Below are positions 39,720 through 56,480 of a DNA stretch of 64,000 nucleotides, one piece after another (within the stretch, counting starts at the first letter, position 1; each line of letters begins with the position of its first letter). This DNA is from the human T2T-CHM13v2.0 reference genome, Homo sapiens: assembly GCF_009914755.1 (NCBI RefSeq), contig NC_060930.1, one strand, 5' to 3'. Under the pieces are notes generated by a model, which saw only the letters and a list, made by a program, of their open reading frames with translations, had not been told where the DNA came from and did no database searches. The position numbers and the translations under genes were made by a program.

Positions 39720-40190
39720 TGTGTTAATTCAAGTTCTCCAAGAAGCAGATGCTAAGATGGGATTAGACCTGAAAGATGTTTATTAGGGGGGATGTCTATA
39801 AAAATAAACAGGAGAAAGAGAATGCAGAAGAACTTTCAGACTGTGAGGCAGGTCTAACACCTGTGGAAGAGACGGGGCAGGAAGGAGGATTTGGGTAGGA
39901 AGAGGCTCAGATTGGGTAGGAAGAGGCAGCAAAGTTCTGAGAAAGTTTTGGCCAGGTCAGCAGGGGTCTTTGAGGCAACATTGCCTGTTAAAGGAGTCTC
40001 TTGTCTTATATCAGTTGCCTTCCCTCACCCTCCCTACCAGTGCATGCTCGTTATTGGCTGGGAGCAGCCCAGGGGAAGCATGGCCTTGGTGCGAACACAG
40101 TGGCGGATTCAGGAGAGCAGTGGCTCAGACTGTCAGTTGCCTGTGCTCCCCTGTGGCAGAAGAGCTGAGTGGTGGGCTTTTATGACCACT
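39720..40190 (-). mobile_element. LTR16-like ERVL LTR
   Basis: ttctccaagaagcagatgctaagatgggatt..gcaggtctaacacctgtg. Confidence 0.6.
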
Positions 40191-40340
40191 GAAAAGCCCT
40201 GTATGGTTTGATCTCTGCTTACCTCCCCAGCCTGGCCTTGTACCATGCAGCCCTTTGTGGTCTCAGTATCAATACAAGTCTTTTGTTACTTCCTTGAACA
40301 TAAATATTATGTGTTTCCAACCCCTCTCCCCAATACAGAA

Positions 40341-40477
40341 ACTAATTTTGTAATTTTAATAGAGAAAGGGTTTCTCCACGTTGGTCAGGCTGGTCTCGAA
40401 CTCCCGACCTCAGGTGATCTGCCTGCCTCGGCCTCCCAAAGTGTTGGGATTACAGGCGTGAGCCACTGCGCCTGGCC
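40341..40477 (-). mobile_element. Alu left-arm fragment
   Basis: Left monomer only. Confidence 0.9.
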
Positions 40478-40479
40478 TA

Positions 40480-41175
40480 GTTTGTCTTTTTAATTGATAA
40501 GTAATATTTTATTGCATAAATATATCATTATTTGTTTATCCATTCTCTTGTTTATGAACATTTAAGTTGTTTACAGGTTTTGACTACTGTGACTAAAGCT
40601 ATTATCAACATTCTTATATAAGTCTTTTTATGAATATATTTTTTTCATTTCTCAGAGTGGAATTTCTGGGTCACAGGAGAAGTATATGTTTAACTTTAAC
40701 TGACAAACTGGTTATAAAATTTTATGCTCCCAACAGCAATGAGAATACTAGTTGCCTCACTACCTACTTACCATTTGATATTATCATTCATTTTATTTTA
40801 GTCATTCTAGTAGGTATAAAGTGGCATTTCATTAGTTTTTATTGTACAATTCCCTAATTACTAATGATGTCTCAGGAGCTTACTGGTTCTTCATGTATCT
40901 TTTTGAGATATCTCTTTAAGTCTTTTGCCATTTTAATGGGTTGCCTTTTTATTATTGACTTGCAGGTGCTCCTTATATATTCTCTAAATAAGTCCTTTGT
41001 ATTTATCACATATTACAAATATTTTCTCCAAATCTATAGCCTGCCTTTTGCCTTTTTCTCAATGGTGTCTTTTGAAGAGCAGAAATTTTAAATTTTAATA
41101 AAGTCTGATTTCAATTTTTTTTCTTTTATGGTCAGTGCATCTTGTGTCCTAAAAAAATCTCTGCCTATTCTAAGG
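40480..41175 (-). mobile_element. Old L1 (L1M) 3' ORF2/UTR fragment
   Basis: ttttagtcattctagtaggtataaagtggcatttc; gtgtcttttgaagagcagaaattttaaattttaat. Confidence 0.8.
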
Positions 41176-41452
41176 TGGAAATGAATAAATAACATTTTTA
41201 AACAATTTAAAATAAACCTATGCCTATTTCCTTTCCGTCTTGCTCCTAAAATTATGCTACCTTTAGTTTGGAATTACTGAGATGATATACACTATTTTGG
41301 TAAGAAGGTCAAGAATGAAAAATGGTGGAAAATTTCATGTGTAAAATGTTTCATTCCAGCAAAGTTACCAAATTGCAAAGGCCTAGAAGAAAGGCCTAGA
41401 AATGAGTTCCTTTAAAGACCAGAAAAAGAAGCTAACTTTTTAAAGAGCATGC

Positions 41453-42130
<678 letters not shown>

Positions 42131-43044
42131 CATTCCCCTCTACTTTCATCAAATGGTGCATGGCTCACTATCAATAATGTTGGTGCTCTACATAAATCTG
42201 TTCTATGACTTTTAAAATTTAACAAGCAAAAGAGGAATGCATTGGAAGACTTATGGGTGGTAGTCAAAGAATCTGAAGGAAAGCTAAAAAGTTAAGTCTT
42301 CAGAAAAAACAGGAGCTACAGTAGCTGTGAAGATCAAGAGAGCAGGATGAAACAGATGAACTGACGTCTATAGGGATGAATGATCTCCAACTGTTTCTGT
42401 CTTTGGGTTAATCCCCTTAAACTCGACTTGCAAGAGGAAAGTATCTGCATGGCCTAATTTAATCACTGTATGGCCTAATTTGGTCACATGCCTAGTACAG
42501 AGACCTTGGTTGACAGTCATGCCCTCGAAACTGTATTCAGTAGGGAAGAGGAATAGTTCCCCAAAGTAAAATTGGGGCAGTGCTGCTAGAAGAAGGGAGG
42601 AGGGACTCTGGGCAGACAAAAACAATAGATGTTTATTATACCCTTAAAAAGGCAGAACATACATCTTCCAACTTGTGTTCATGTCTTTTATCTTAAGTAG
42701 GATGAAATTGCTTATTCACTTATCTTCCCTTCAAATAACCAGGCTTAAGTTAAATTACTGCCAAGTTTAGATTTGTGAAAGCCGAGTCTACCTGATTAAC
42801 TTTCATCCCAGATCAGTTTTGTTGTTACTGTTTTAGCTCTTGAAGTTGACAGTGTATTTCTGATTACTTAGAATTTATCTTTCAAAATTGAGATGCAGAA
42901 ACTCTGTGAAATCTAATCTTAAGTGGGGAAAAGGCAGAAACATGAAATAAAATATAACTTGACCAAGATTGGAAGTGAATTGGGAGTGACATAAACAGGA
43001 TTTTTGTGCATTAGGGTCCCTTTTTTTAAAAAACGTCACTTAAG

Positions 43045-43338
43045 TCTCAGTGGCTTACATCTGTAATCCCAGCACTTCAGGAAGTCAAGGCAGGAGGATC
43101 CCTTGAAGCCAAGAGTTTGAGACAAGCCTGGCCAACATAGTGAGACCCCCATCTCTACAAATTTTTTTTTTAAATTAGTTGAGTGTGGTGGTATGTGCCT
43201 ATAGCCTAGCTACTCAGGAGGCTGAGGCAGCAGGATTCCTTAAGTCCAGGAGTTAGAAGCTGCAGTGAGTTATGATGGTACCACTGCACTCCGTCCTGGG
43301 TGACAGAGCAAGACCTTATCTCTAATTTAGAAAAAAAA
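43045..43338 (+). mobile_element. AluJ
   Basis: Diverged dimer. Confidence 0.88.
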
Positions 43339-43649
43339 TGCTTAAAAAGTTATGTTTCTTCAATCTGCTTATCAAAGTTAAATGTTTTCACATGCGAGCA
43401 CCTATATTGAACTTCATTTGCTCATTCATTCAGCAAACATTTATTAAGGGCTTGCCATGTGCATTAGTGGTATAGGCTCTGGAGATCTCTAAGGTGACAG
43501 TGAGGGAAGCTGATCCTCACTATAAAATATGGACAATAAACTACTTTAGGAGTGAGGGATCAGGGTATGACTGTTTTATTTACTAAGTTTTATCCCTAGT
43601 ACCTATCACAGTGCTCGAAGCATAGAAATAACTAAAAAATATATTGTAG

Positions 43650-44325
<676 letters not shown>

Positions 44326-44728
44326 GGCTGGTGGGGTCAGGACTGTGGAGGATAATAAGAAGGGCAGTTCAGGAAAATTTTCTGAGTTGTTTAATTCTGC
44401 TTCAACAAAATGCTTCAAAGAATGGTTAGAGTTCCCATAGCCAAACTTGAGGCCTAGATACCCCTCTAATGGTTCCATCAGGCATCTGCCTTCAAATATA
44501 TGTGTAAGTTGGTTTTCCTCTCTCCCTCGCAGGACTGCAGGGGTTGAATATGTTCTTCTGACTCCTTGTATCAAGCTTTTTTTTTGCGACTGGGGATACT
44601 AGTTGCCCATATGAGCACTCAAAAAATTTCAGTGTCTCTGTACTGGAGGGTAAAAAGCTGAGAAATTGGGATTTTGGAAATTATATTTTCCTGGCAGTGG
44701 GAGGTTGTGTGTAATTACATTTGGAAAT

Positions 44729-44843
44729 GGCGAGTTAATGGGTGCAACACACCAGCATGGCACATGTATACATATGTAAGTAACCTGCACATTGTGCACA
44801 TGTACCCTAAAACTTAAAGTATAATAATAATAAAATAAAAAAA
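44729..44843 (+). mobile_element. Young primate L1 (L1PA2/3-like) 3' tip, 115 bp
   Basis: caccagcatggcacatgtatacatatgta..gtaccctaaaacttaaagtataat; perfect 16-bp TSD aattacatttggaaat 44713-44728/44844-44859. Confidence 0.93.
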
Positions 44844-44861
44844 AATTACATTTGGAAATAA

Positions 44862-45329
<468 letters not shown>

Positions 45330-45719
45330 CCCTGATGTAACTTTTAAAGGCAAAACAAACAAAAAATCTAGGGTCTTTCCTGGGTTTCCTCTTTTTGTGG
45401 GTGTGTATATGATGTTTGTTTACCTATCTCCATAATAAATGTTCCTCTTTCCTCAATACATATGTGTTCCTCTTGACTCAATACACTTGATCTCTCTTTA
45501 ACTCTTGTTATTGATGGGTCTAAATTGTTCTACTCTGTTTTCCATCTCAAGGGACAGCATAGCTTATAAAAAACCAGGGCCTCAGTGCCAACAAGACATA
45601 ACCTCGAAAGCCAGTTTTGCTACTTAATATCTAGGCTTTCAACCAAGATACTTGATTGATAACCAAGATATCGATAACTTTCAACCAAGTACTTAACATC
45701 TCTGGGCCACAGTTTCTGT

Positions 45720-46070
45720 GCTGTTCAGTGATATTTCGGTTTCTCCTTCTAGGTAAATGGTAGGATTGCACTTCTGGTTCCCTTGACATTAGGAGGGTTC
45801 ATGCATTTGCTTTGGCCAATGGCTTAAAAGTGGAAGTGGATATGTATTATTCCTGGGGAGAGACCTTTAAAAGTCATCTTCCTGCCTTTTCCCTGAAAAG
45901 TGATAGAGACTTTATCAGCCTGGTACCAGAGTGACGACAACATAGGGTAGAATCCCTATGAGCCCAATGCTCATGTAGCATGACCAAGAAGAAAATTCTA
46001 TTGTCTGAAGCCATTACGATTTTGAAGTTATTTGTTATCTCAACATGAAATACCTCATCCTGGCTGATGT
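45720..46070 (+). mobile_element. Old MLT1 LTR
   Basis: ttgctttggccaatgg; gaagccattacgattttgaagttatttgtta..catcctggctga. Confidence 0.6.
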
Positions 46071-47308
46071 TTCCTGATGTGAAAAATAGTATAATAAGAT
46101 TGATTACATTATTCCACAGTGGGAGATTAAAAAACACTGGTTCTTATTACTATTATGCTCATCCTCCCAGTTGTCTATACCTACTGCTCTTATCAGTTGT
46201 TCCACCTACACCCGCATATTTGGCTCATTCTTGTCCATTTCACTTGACCTAAATTTTTTCCTTCATTTTCCTACTCCATCACTTTCCCTCTTTACTTATA
46301 TCCTCTGTTGAATCCTGGTTCCATTGTAGTCAAACTCCCTAAACCTGTTTCTCATCTTTTTCGTCTGACCAGAAACAAAAAATTAGAGTCAAAAGTGACC
46401 TCATCTCTCTAAGAATCTGCAAAAACAGACCCTTCAACTTCACTCCCCATCCAGCAAGCATCCATAGACACCTTGACTTCCAGGAGTTCATCAGGACAAG
46501 TTACTACACCCCTCTGAGAGGTGTCACTAGGCACTTCTCTTCATTTAGCTGTCCGCATCCTTTTCCTAACCATACCACATCACCTCTGGCCTCAAAGAAA
46601 CCTATAATCATTGCTTGCTCCTACTTCACTTCTCACACACACTTTGGACACTTTCCTTACTTTACACTCAATAGTTAACTCTAGCACTGCTTCCTATCCT
46701 TGTACCTTTTTTCTTTTTTCCCTTCTAACCGTCCCCATCCCTCCCTCAATATTTCATGGAACCCTCCAGACAATCACAGGCTTTGGAAGTCTCATCAGAT
46801 GATTTATCTTCTCTTGTTCTTGAGCTATGAAAGAAAACAATGAACTGTGCAGACCCATGACCACATGCTGTATGTACTGTCTAAAATGGAAATAATTGAC
46901 TTTTCTGGAATAGTTGGCATTGGTTGGTGTTCACCCTTTCTTCTTCAAAACTGTTCCTTCCCTGGCTTCTGGTTCTCCACTGTTTTCAATGGTTCACCTT
47001 TCTCTGTCCACTCTTCATTTAGTAGGCAATCCCCAGAATTTTGTCTTTAGGTCTCTCCTCTCCTTTGTCTATGTGCTTTCTCCGGGGGAATGTCATCCAT
47101 CTTTACAGCTTCTATGACCCTTTAAATGCAAATAATTCCCAAATGACTTTTACCAGCAGTAACTCCTCTCCAGAGTTCTAGAAGTCAATATACAATATCT
47201 CATTAGACACATGAAGCTGGATGTCCTAGGCACATCTTAAACTTAACATGTCCCCAAGCAAATGCTGCTTCTCCCCGACCCCAAATCTGGACTATCTCTT
47301 TTGTTCTT

Positions 47309-48942
<1,634 letters not shown>

Positions 48943-49889
48943 GGCCTACCTCTTCTATTCTTGATCTGGGTTAACGGCATTACCATTTACCTTTCTCCCA
49001 ACTTAGAAAGCTTGATGTTATTCTCACCTTCTTTCTCTTGCCCTCCACATACAGTCAGCTGCCAAATCTTGCTGCTTCTAATTTTAAACCATCATTTGAT
49101 TCTGTCTCTCCCAAACCCTACGCTACTTGCTTAAAATAGGCCTTCATCATATCTTCTTTGGACTATTATTGAGACAGGCCTGTAATCTGTTCCCTTGATA
49201 AGTTTTTCCCCACCATGTTCTCCATACTGCCACTGTATGGAGAGTTACTGAGAAGAAAGCTTATCAAGCCATTTTTCCGTGTAAAAGCTTCTATTGGTTC
49301 TATAAACCCATGAGGTTCAAACTCTGTTGCTTGGCTACAAAGCTCTTAACCCTCTGGTGGCAATCTACCTCTCCATCTTGTTTCCTTTCCTACCTTCATG
49401 TTCTCCAAACACATTCTAGGTTTCTTGGGCCTCATATTCTCACTATGTCTAGCATATAACCCTGAACTTTCAGAAGTCCATACGTGTTTTTTAAAGCAAT
49501 TCCTTTCTCTCCGCTCCACCCCCATTCACTTGAAAAATTCCCCCATCTGTTAAAAGCCAAGTTTAAGCATCACCTCCTCCGTGAAACTTTCCCAGATTTT
49601 CCCAGGCTACTGGATGTTCTGTTCCTTTTGCTCCGAGAACACTTTATAATTGCTATAAACTTTACAGTGTAGTCCTTTTCTATTTACATATTTGTAGCTC
49701 ATAGTAGACTGTAAGCTTCTGATTATTAGTGTACTAGATAGAAGTTGTTTGATAAATACTGGTGAATAAATGCAATGTTGTTTTCTTCCCAGGATGTTTT
49801 GGGGACCAGTCTCTTTCTTCCTACTATAGTCTTAAAATACAATCAACTCAAATTTATATTTTAATAGCCTCTAAGCTGACCATCTAGAA

Positions 49890-50370
<481 letters not shown>

Positions 50371-50518
50371 TGTGACCCTTCAATCCATCCTGAAGGTTGT
50401 TTTTTGGTGGTAAACCTGTATTCTGTTTTTCTGAGTCCTCACAGTGCTGAACAGAATTTTTGTAGGGAGGAGAGGTACTCAAAAAATGGTGTTTGTTTAC
50501 TGGTTACTGCAGGACTAA

Positions 50519-50889
<371 letters not shown>

Positions 50890-51699
50890 AAAAATCTACA
50901 GGTTTTCTACTGTCAATTTGCATCAAGGCCAGACTACTTTGTCTGGCTTCCCAAGTCTTCCATAACCCTATCATAGTTTACTTATGCAGCCTTATCTCAA
51001 AAGTAGTACCTTTTGTTCCAGTCTGTTTTCCAAGGTACTTCAGGTCTTCATGCTTTTGTGCAAGCTGCTCTTTCTTAATATCTCCCTCCCCAGTCCCCAT
51101 CTAAATCCAGCGTATCTTCAGGACAAGGCTCGTAAGTTCTACCTCCCACATAATGTTTTTTTCTGTTCATTGGAACTCACCAATATCTCCCTAGTAGTTA
51201 TTTGTCAGAGCTATGTAGTATAAGCTCTAATTTGTTTAATTACTGAGCATCTTCATTGCCATATCCATTCAATTTAATTCCAGAAACATTTTTGAGCCCC
51301 TGTGCCAAGAACAGGGCTAGGTAGCAATGAGGGTCACTTTTATGCAGGGACAGGGGCTAGAAATTGGCCTTACTAAGAAGTGTAAGACCGACTCTTGCTC
51401 ATTGCCTTTCTTAGCATCTGCTTCATCGCAGGCAAGGACTGTGTTTATTTGGCTTGCATAAGCCCCATATTAGAACTTCCTCATAATATACAACATGCCA
51501 AATCATCGAAACTGCGTCACCCGGAGTTCAAACTTCATGAGCCTGGATTAGGGTCTGGGTTCCAATGAAAAGTGTTTTCTTTAGTTCTCTTTCTCTTGCA
51601 TTAAGGATCACTATTTACACAGCTTCTTGTTAAAGTATCACCGCCTAGTACTTGGGTTCCTGGTCACACTTTCCCCCTTATGGAAGGGCTTACTGCCAG

Positions 51700-51900
51700 G
51701 TCTTTCAGACTCTGGAGCCAGACTGCTTTGGATTTAAATCTCAACTCCTCCACTAGTAGTTCTGTAATCTGGTCAGGTTACTTAACTCCTCTATGCCTCA
51801 CTTTCCTCCCCTGTGTAGTGAGGATAACAATATCATAAGGTTGGGGAAAGGGTTAAATGAGCTAACAGTTCGTTTAACAGAGTAATCACTCAATGAAATG
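51700..51900 (+). mobile_element. MIR
   Basis: gactctggagccagactgc..gttacttaactcctctatgcctcactttcctc. Confidence 0.75.
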
Positions 51901-52254
51901 TTATCCCCTAATACATGTCACTACTAGATTATTTCTCGCCCTTAAAATGTAAGAGACCGTTTTTCCTCTTTTCTTCCATCCGTGTCTCCAGCTTCTAAAC
52001 TGCAGGCGAATAAACCTCGAATGAGTAAATGAACCCACCCAGTCGCTAGTTATTTCTGCATTTCCAATGTTGTGCCAGCAAGAGCAAAGGCAAATGGGCA
52101 AGTCAAAGTAGGCTTCTTGTAAAAGGTCTTCCATTACTGGGTTTTACTAGAGGCCCTTGCGGACCATCACATCTCAAAAGGGGGGAAAGCTCGTATGAGG
52201 CAGTGCCAGCTACCTTTCGGGAATCACCTTGGGCAGAAGGCCTTTTTGCCAAAA

Positions 52255-53060
52255 GACTCGGCAGCCCGGGCCCCGTAGGTTCGGCGCATGCGCAGCGCGC
52301 TCGGCGCCCGGGTTCCTTCCTCCGCGCCACCCGGAAGCCTCGGCGCGACCCAGTCCCCCTCCCCCTCCCCTCGCCGGCTAGGGTGGTGCGTGCCGGCAGG
52401 CCGGTCAAGGAGGCGGGACACGTCGGCGCTACCACCGCCACCGCCGCCGCCGCCCCTCCTCCCGTTCCAGCTGCCGCTGCCGCTTCCTGGGCTGAGTCCG
52501 CCCGCGGTCCCGGCGGCGCCAGGTGCGTTCACTCTGCCCGGCTCCAGCCAGCGTCCGCCGCCGCCGTAGCTGCCCCAGGCTCCCCGCCCCGCTGCCGAGA
52601 TGGCGACGCGCTCCTGTCGGGAGAAGGCTCAGAAGCTGAACGAGCAGCACCAGCTCATCCTATCCAAGCTTCTGAGGGAGGAGGACAACAAGTACTGCGC
52701 CGACTGCGAGGCCAAAGGTAGCTTGGACGTCGTCGCTGCCCACGGTCGGGGCCTCTTGCGACCGGTGACCTTCCCGCCGCTGCGGCGCTCGGGGCCCGAG
52801 CGGACGCCTCGGCTTCGCTGGCCGGCTCCTGCCCTGACTGGAGGGCGGGTGGCTGAGCGGGCGGGCGCGGGGCTCCTGTCGACCCTCAAGTCCGCCAGAG
52901 GCGGCGGCGAGGTCAGGCCCGCAGGCCCTGTCAGTGGCCCCAGCCTCCCCTCCTCCCAGACACGGGTTTGAGCAGGTGCCAGGGTAGCGATGCTCGGACC
53001 CTCCACAGGGCTGGGGGTAGGAGCGAGGCTGGGAGCGCGGAACCGGGCACGGGTCTGGGC
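52255..53060 (+). promoter_or_regulatory. SMAP1: CpG-island promoter and 5'UTR of SMAP1
   Basis: Very GC- and CpG-rich. Motifs: NRF1 palindrome GCGCATGCGCA 52284-52294, ETS CCGGAAG 52331-52337, Sp/KLF C-tract ~52355-52370, YY1-like GAGATGGCG over the start codon. No TATA box seen. Confidence 0.9.
52600..52717 (+). CDS. SMAP1: SMAP1 (small ArfGAP 1) first coding exon; the CDS continues in exons beyond the window
   Basis: The ATG is in a good Kozak context (GAGATGG). It encodes MATRSCREKAQKLNEQHQLILSKLLREEDNKYCADCEAK-G, the SMAP1 N-terminus with the first CxxC of the ArfGAP zinc finger. A phase-1 donor AG|GTAGCT follows at 52717/52718 (118 nt coding). Confidence 0.96.
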
Positions 53061-53204
53061 GGAGCTTAGGGTTAGAGAGTTGCCCTCCTAGCTCTGCTCA
53101 TAGCTATCTCTGTGGGTGGGGCCGCGCTTAGGTCTGGATCCCCTCCTCTACCCTCCGGTGTGACCACGTCCTCCCACTCCGGGCTCGGATTCTTGGTCTC
53201 CTAG

Positions 53205-53292
53205 ATGGAGCCCTACCTGCCTGCCCACCTGACAGCTTTTGTACAAGGCTTTTATCTCTGCTTCCTGAAAAAGAGTATGGTGGTCTTTTTCG
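53205..53292 (+). CDS. SMAP1: Candidate alternative first coding exon of SMAP1 (MEPYLPAHLTAFVQGFYLCFLKKSMVVFF-G)
   Basis: ATG at 53205, 88 open nt, ending at donor CG|GTGGGT in the same phase 1 and on the same G as canonical exon 1. It lies at the 3' edge of the CpG island. Confidence 0.55.
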
Positions 53293-55939
53293 GTGGGTTT
53301 GAGTTTTACGGAATAAATTAATTGGAGAAAGGTCTTTATTAGTAGTAGTATTGTTTTTTAGTCTGGTTATTAGCCAGAATGAAGAGGAATTTCATTACAT
53401 GAGTCTCTTGGAGGACGGTGGGTTTGTATTTCTGAAGATTTTAGTAATTAGGTTTTCTCTGACCAGCTAGTTTGGGAGAATATGTGGACACTGATTTGTG
53501 TACCTCATAAATGCTGAAGGTTCATTTTAAAGATCTAGAGATGGAAAAAACCTAATTTTAGTTTTTTCGGTTGGAGGGCTTCTGCCTCAGCCTTTGAAAC
53601 AGATATACTATTTTTAGCTGCTATGTTTTGTGTTTGGAGATCTGATTTATGTTTAATGTCTTGTAAGTAATCTCAAGGGAAATATTTCTTTTTTTTTTAA
53701 AGAAATGTCTTGTGTAGTTAAGAAAAGATCGTGTATATTTTTAATTGGTTTATTTCGTTATTGGGTGAGAAATAGGGTAGTTCTCTAAAGCAGGAGACAG
53801 TCTCTTTGGGGAATGTCCTTTAAGATTTCTGTGTTATTTGACTTAGACTTTTCCTGAAGCTTTACTGTTCTATCTCAATACTATATAAATGAGTCACATT
53901 TCAGTAGGCTGATAATATTTGACTAGACTGAGCCACACAGCATCAGCAGGTTACTTCACTGTCGTAACAGGTACTGAATTACTAGAAGAATCATGCGGGA
54001 ATACTGTAACTAGATTATTTTTATGAAGCACTTTTCAATATAGTAACTTGATTGAGTCAAGATTATATTTATCCTATGTAACCTTTTCAGGTGATGAGTT
54101 TTTACAAAGTCCGTGCCTGGTTCTTGTAATACTTGTTTTCCTAGTAACTTGATTGTGTGTGGTTATTTGGGAGTTCTGCACTGTGTTTAGGCTCAGTTGC
54201 TTGCTCATTGACTGCACTAGCAAAACACTGAAAAATGGTCCTTTAAAAGGCCAAGAAGAAGAAAGAAGCTGAAGCTAAATAGTACACATTTTGTCATTTT
54301 GAGTAATAACATGGTTAAGTAGAGATGCTGGTAAATATTAAATCTGTTCATTAAAAGTCGAATAGTAACAGTTTCAGAATTAACCTTCCTTCATCTACAG
54401 ACTTTATTAAAAATAATTTAATTTTTGTTCAAATTTCTGTCTCCAAAAAAGTACTTTATAAAATCAGATTTTCACTAATGCTTTCTAAAATAATACAGAT
54501 TTTTAAAAGCCATTATTAACCATGTTAACTTTTTTTTTTTTTATTTACTCTTTTGAGGTGGGGAGAAGAGAATCATGTACTTCTTAAATTAGGATCAAAA
54601 GTTTTACTTCTTTGGACCTGAAGAATAGGAAGTATTCGTTTTGCTCAGTGTTTGTATTGCCACGGAAATCAGTAGATATATATTGAATGAATGTCTTTTG
54701 TATTTTGGTTTTGTCTGGCCTTTTGTTGGTTTACTTGTTTTGAGAAGTGAAGGAAGTGGGAGAGAAGAGAATGGTATCAAGAGTACAAGGGTGCAGCTTG
54801 AAGGGCGTGAACTCCACAGTATAATTTACAAGGATTATTTTTTTCTTGTTGCTACTAAATCTAGAAGAATATTAAAATGATCTTGTAAATAATTTCATTG
54901 TTTTATCTTGATCTTTCAGGCAAAAAATCACAGGTAAGGCCACTTATTGATTTAATTAGACTTGATTTCATGGTTGTAATAATTGAAAAATTCGACATGA
55001 TAGAGCAATTGATGTAAATATATTTTCACAGTTTTTGAGTATTTGGTAAGGTTGAAGTACATTATGGAGGCTTTTTTAGTAGAATTCTTGGCTTGTTACA
55101 TGATTTTGGATCTATATGCTAGGATGACATAATAAATATAGTACTTTTAAAAGATATGTTAAAGGTCTTACTCTACAGCTCAGTTACTAAGAAGTTTCAT
55201 TCTGTGTATGTATTGATGTTTTCTTCACTGTCTAGTAAATTGCATCAAACTTTTCATGTACTGTATTTCAAAGTTATTTCCTAGTTAACTCAATTTTCTT
55301 TCTTTCAAAGAAGCTTCTTCCACTGATCTTTGAGAATATGTACCAAAACTAAAGCTTAGGATTTGAGGTGCCTGTATTATCTTGCCTTATCATAGTTGGT
55401 AGAGGTATGTCAATTGGGTTTTGACATTTTCTTACTGAATCACCAGCTGTGTTTCCTGGATTGACAGTATTTAGGAAGCAACGAAGGAGAAAAGGATGGC
55501 ATAGGCGCCAGTTTCCTGCTCTTGATCCTGCTCTTACCAAATCTGTTGAACAACTGGAGAATTTAAGAACAGGCAGATGGAACTACTCCTCCTCTCTCCT
55601 AGCTGCATTCATGACTCAGTGGGAGTTTAAAGCAGCTCTTGTTGGTTATTAGTTGGTGGCACTTTAGGGAGCAGTGAGGACTGGGAATGCCTTGCCAGCT
55701 TCAAGTTTAGTTTTCAGTATTTAAAGTGTTATCTACAGGTAATTCTAGCTTTGATTTTTGTTTTTTTTTTCACTTCTCTATTCTTTCACATGCTCTGAAT
55801 AGGGCATCTTGTGTTGGACATCAGGAGTAGCCTGAACTTGGCTGAGTAGGGCTCCTAGAAAACATCGCTGGGCTTGGCAGGTACCACATTGACATGTCCC
55901 ATGCTTGTTAATGTATATTTCTGAGATTTTAAAAGTGCA

Positions 55940-56178
55940 TTCAAGACCAGCCTGGCCAACATAGTGAAACCCCGTCTCCACTAAAAATACAAAAACCATT
56001 AGCCAGGCATGGTGGCAGGCACCTGTAATCCCTACGTGGGAGGCGGAGGCAAGAGAATTGCTTGAACCTGGGAGGCGGAGAGGCGGAGGTTGCAGTGAGC
56101 CGAGATCGCGCCACTGTACTCCAGCCTGGGTGACAGAACAAGACTCCGTCTCAGGGAAAAACAAAAACAAAAACAAAA
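55940..56178 (+). mobile_element. AluS, 5'-truncated (intron 1)
   Basis: Starts ttcaagaccagcc. Confidence 0.92.
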
Positions 56179-56199
56179 CATATAGATAAAATTCACATT

Positions 56200-56480
56200 G
56201 AGCGGTTTCTTCCCACTATCCCCTCTCCCCAGCCCTTGGCAGACACTATTGCATGTTCTATCTCTGTAGGTTTGGCTGTTCTGGATATTTAATATAATAC
56301 AACATATGAACTTTTGTTTCTGACTTTGACTTCATATGTTTTCAAAGTTCATTCATTTTGTAGCATGTGTCGGTACCTCACTCCTTTTATGGCTGAATAA
56401 TATTCCATTGTATGGATAGACCACAATTTATCCGTCTATTGATGAACATTTGGTCTGTTTCCATCTTTTGCTAGGTTTGA
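56200..56480 (-). mobile_element. Old L1 3' fragment (intron 1)
   Basis: ccttttatggctgaataatattccattgtatggatagaccacaattt. Confidence 0.8.

Noticed and set aside
52718-52971. ORF-track extension of the SMAP1 ORF to 123 aa
   Set aside because: Read-through into intron 1. SMAP1 similarity stops at the GT donor after ...CEAK-G.
52103-53006. Long overlapping ORFs on both strands across the promoter (e.g. 52203-52721, 52288-52569)
   Set aside because: Expected from stop-codon scarcity in a CpG island. They are low-complexity Ala/Pro/Gly/Arg, and the 52288 ATG is the centre of the NRF1 site.
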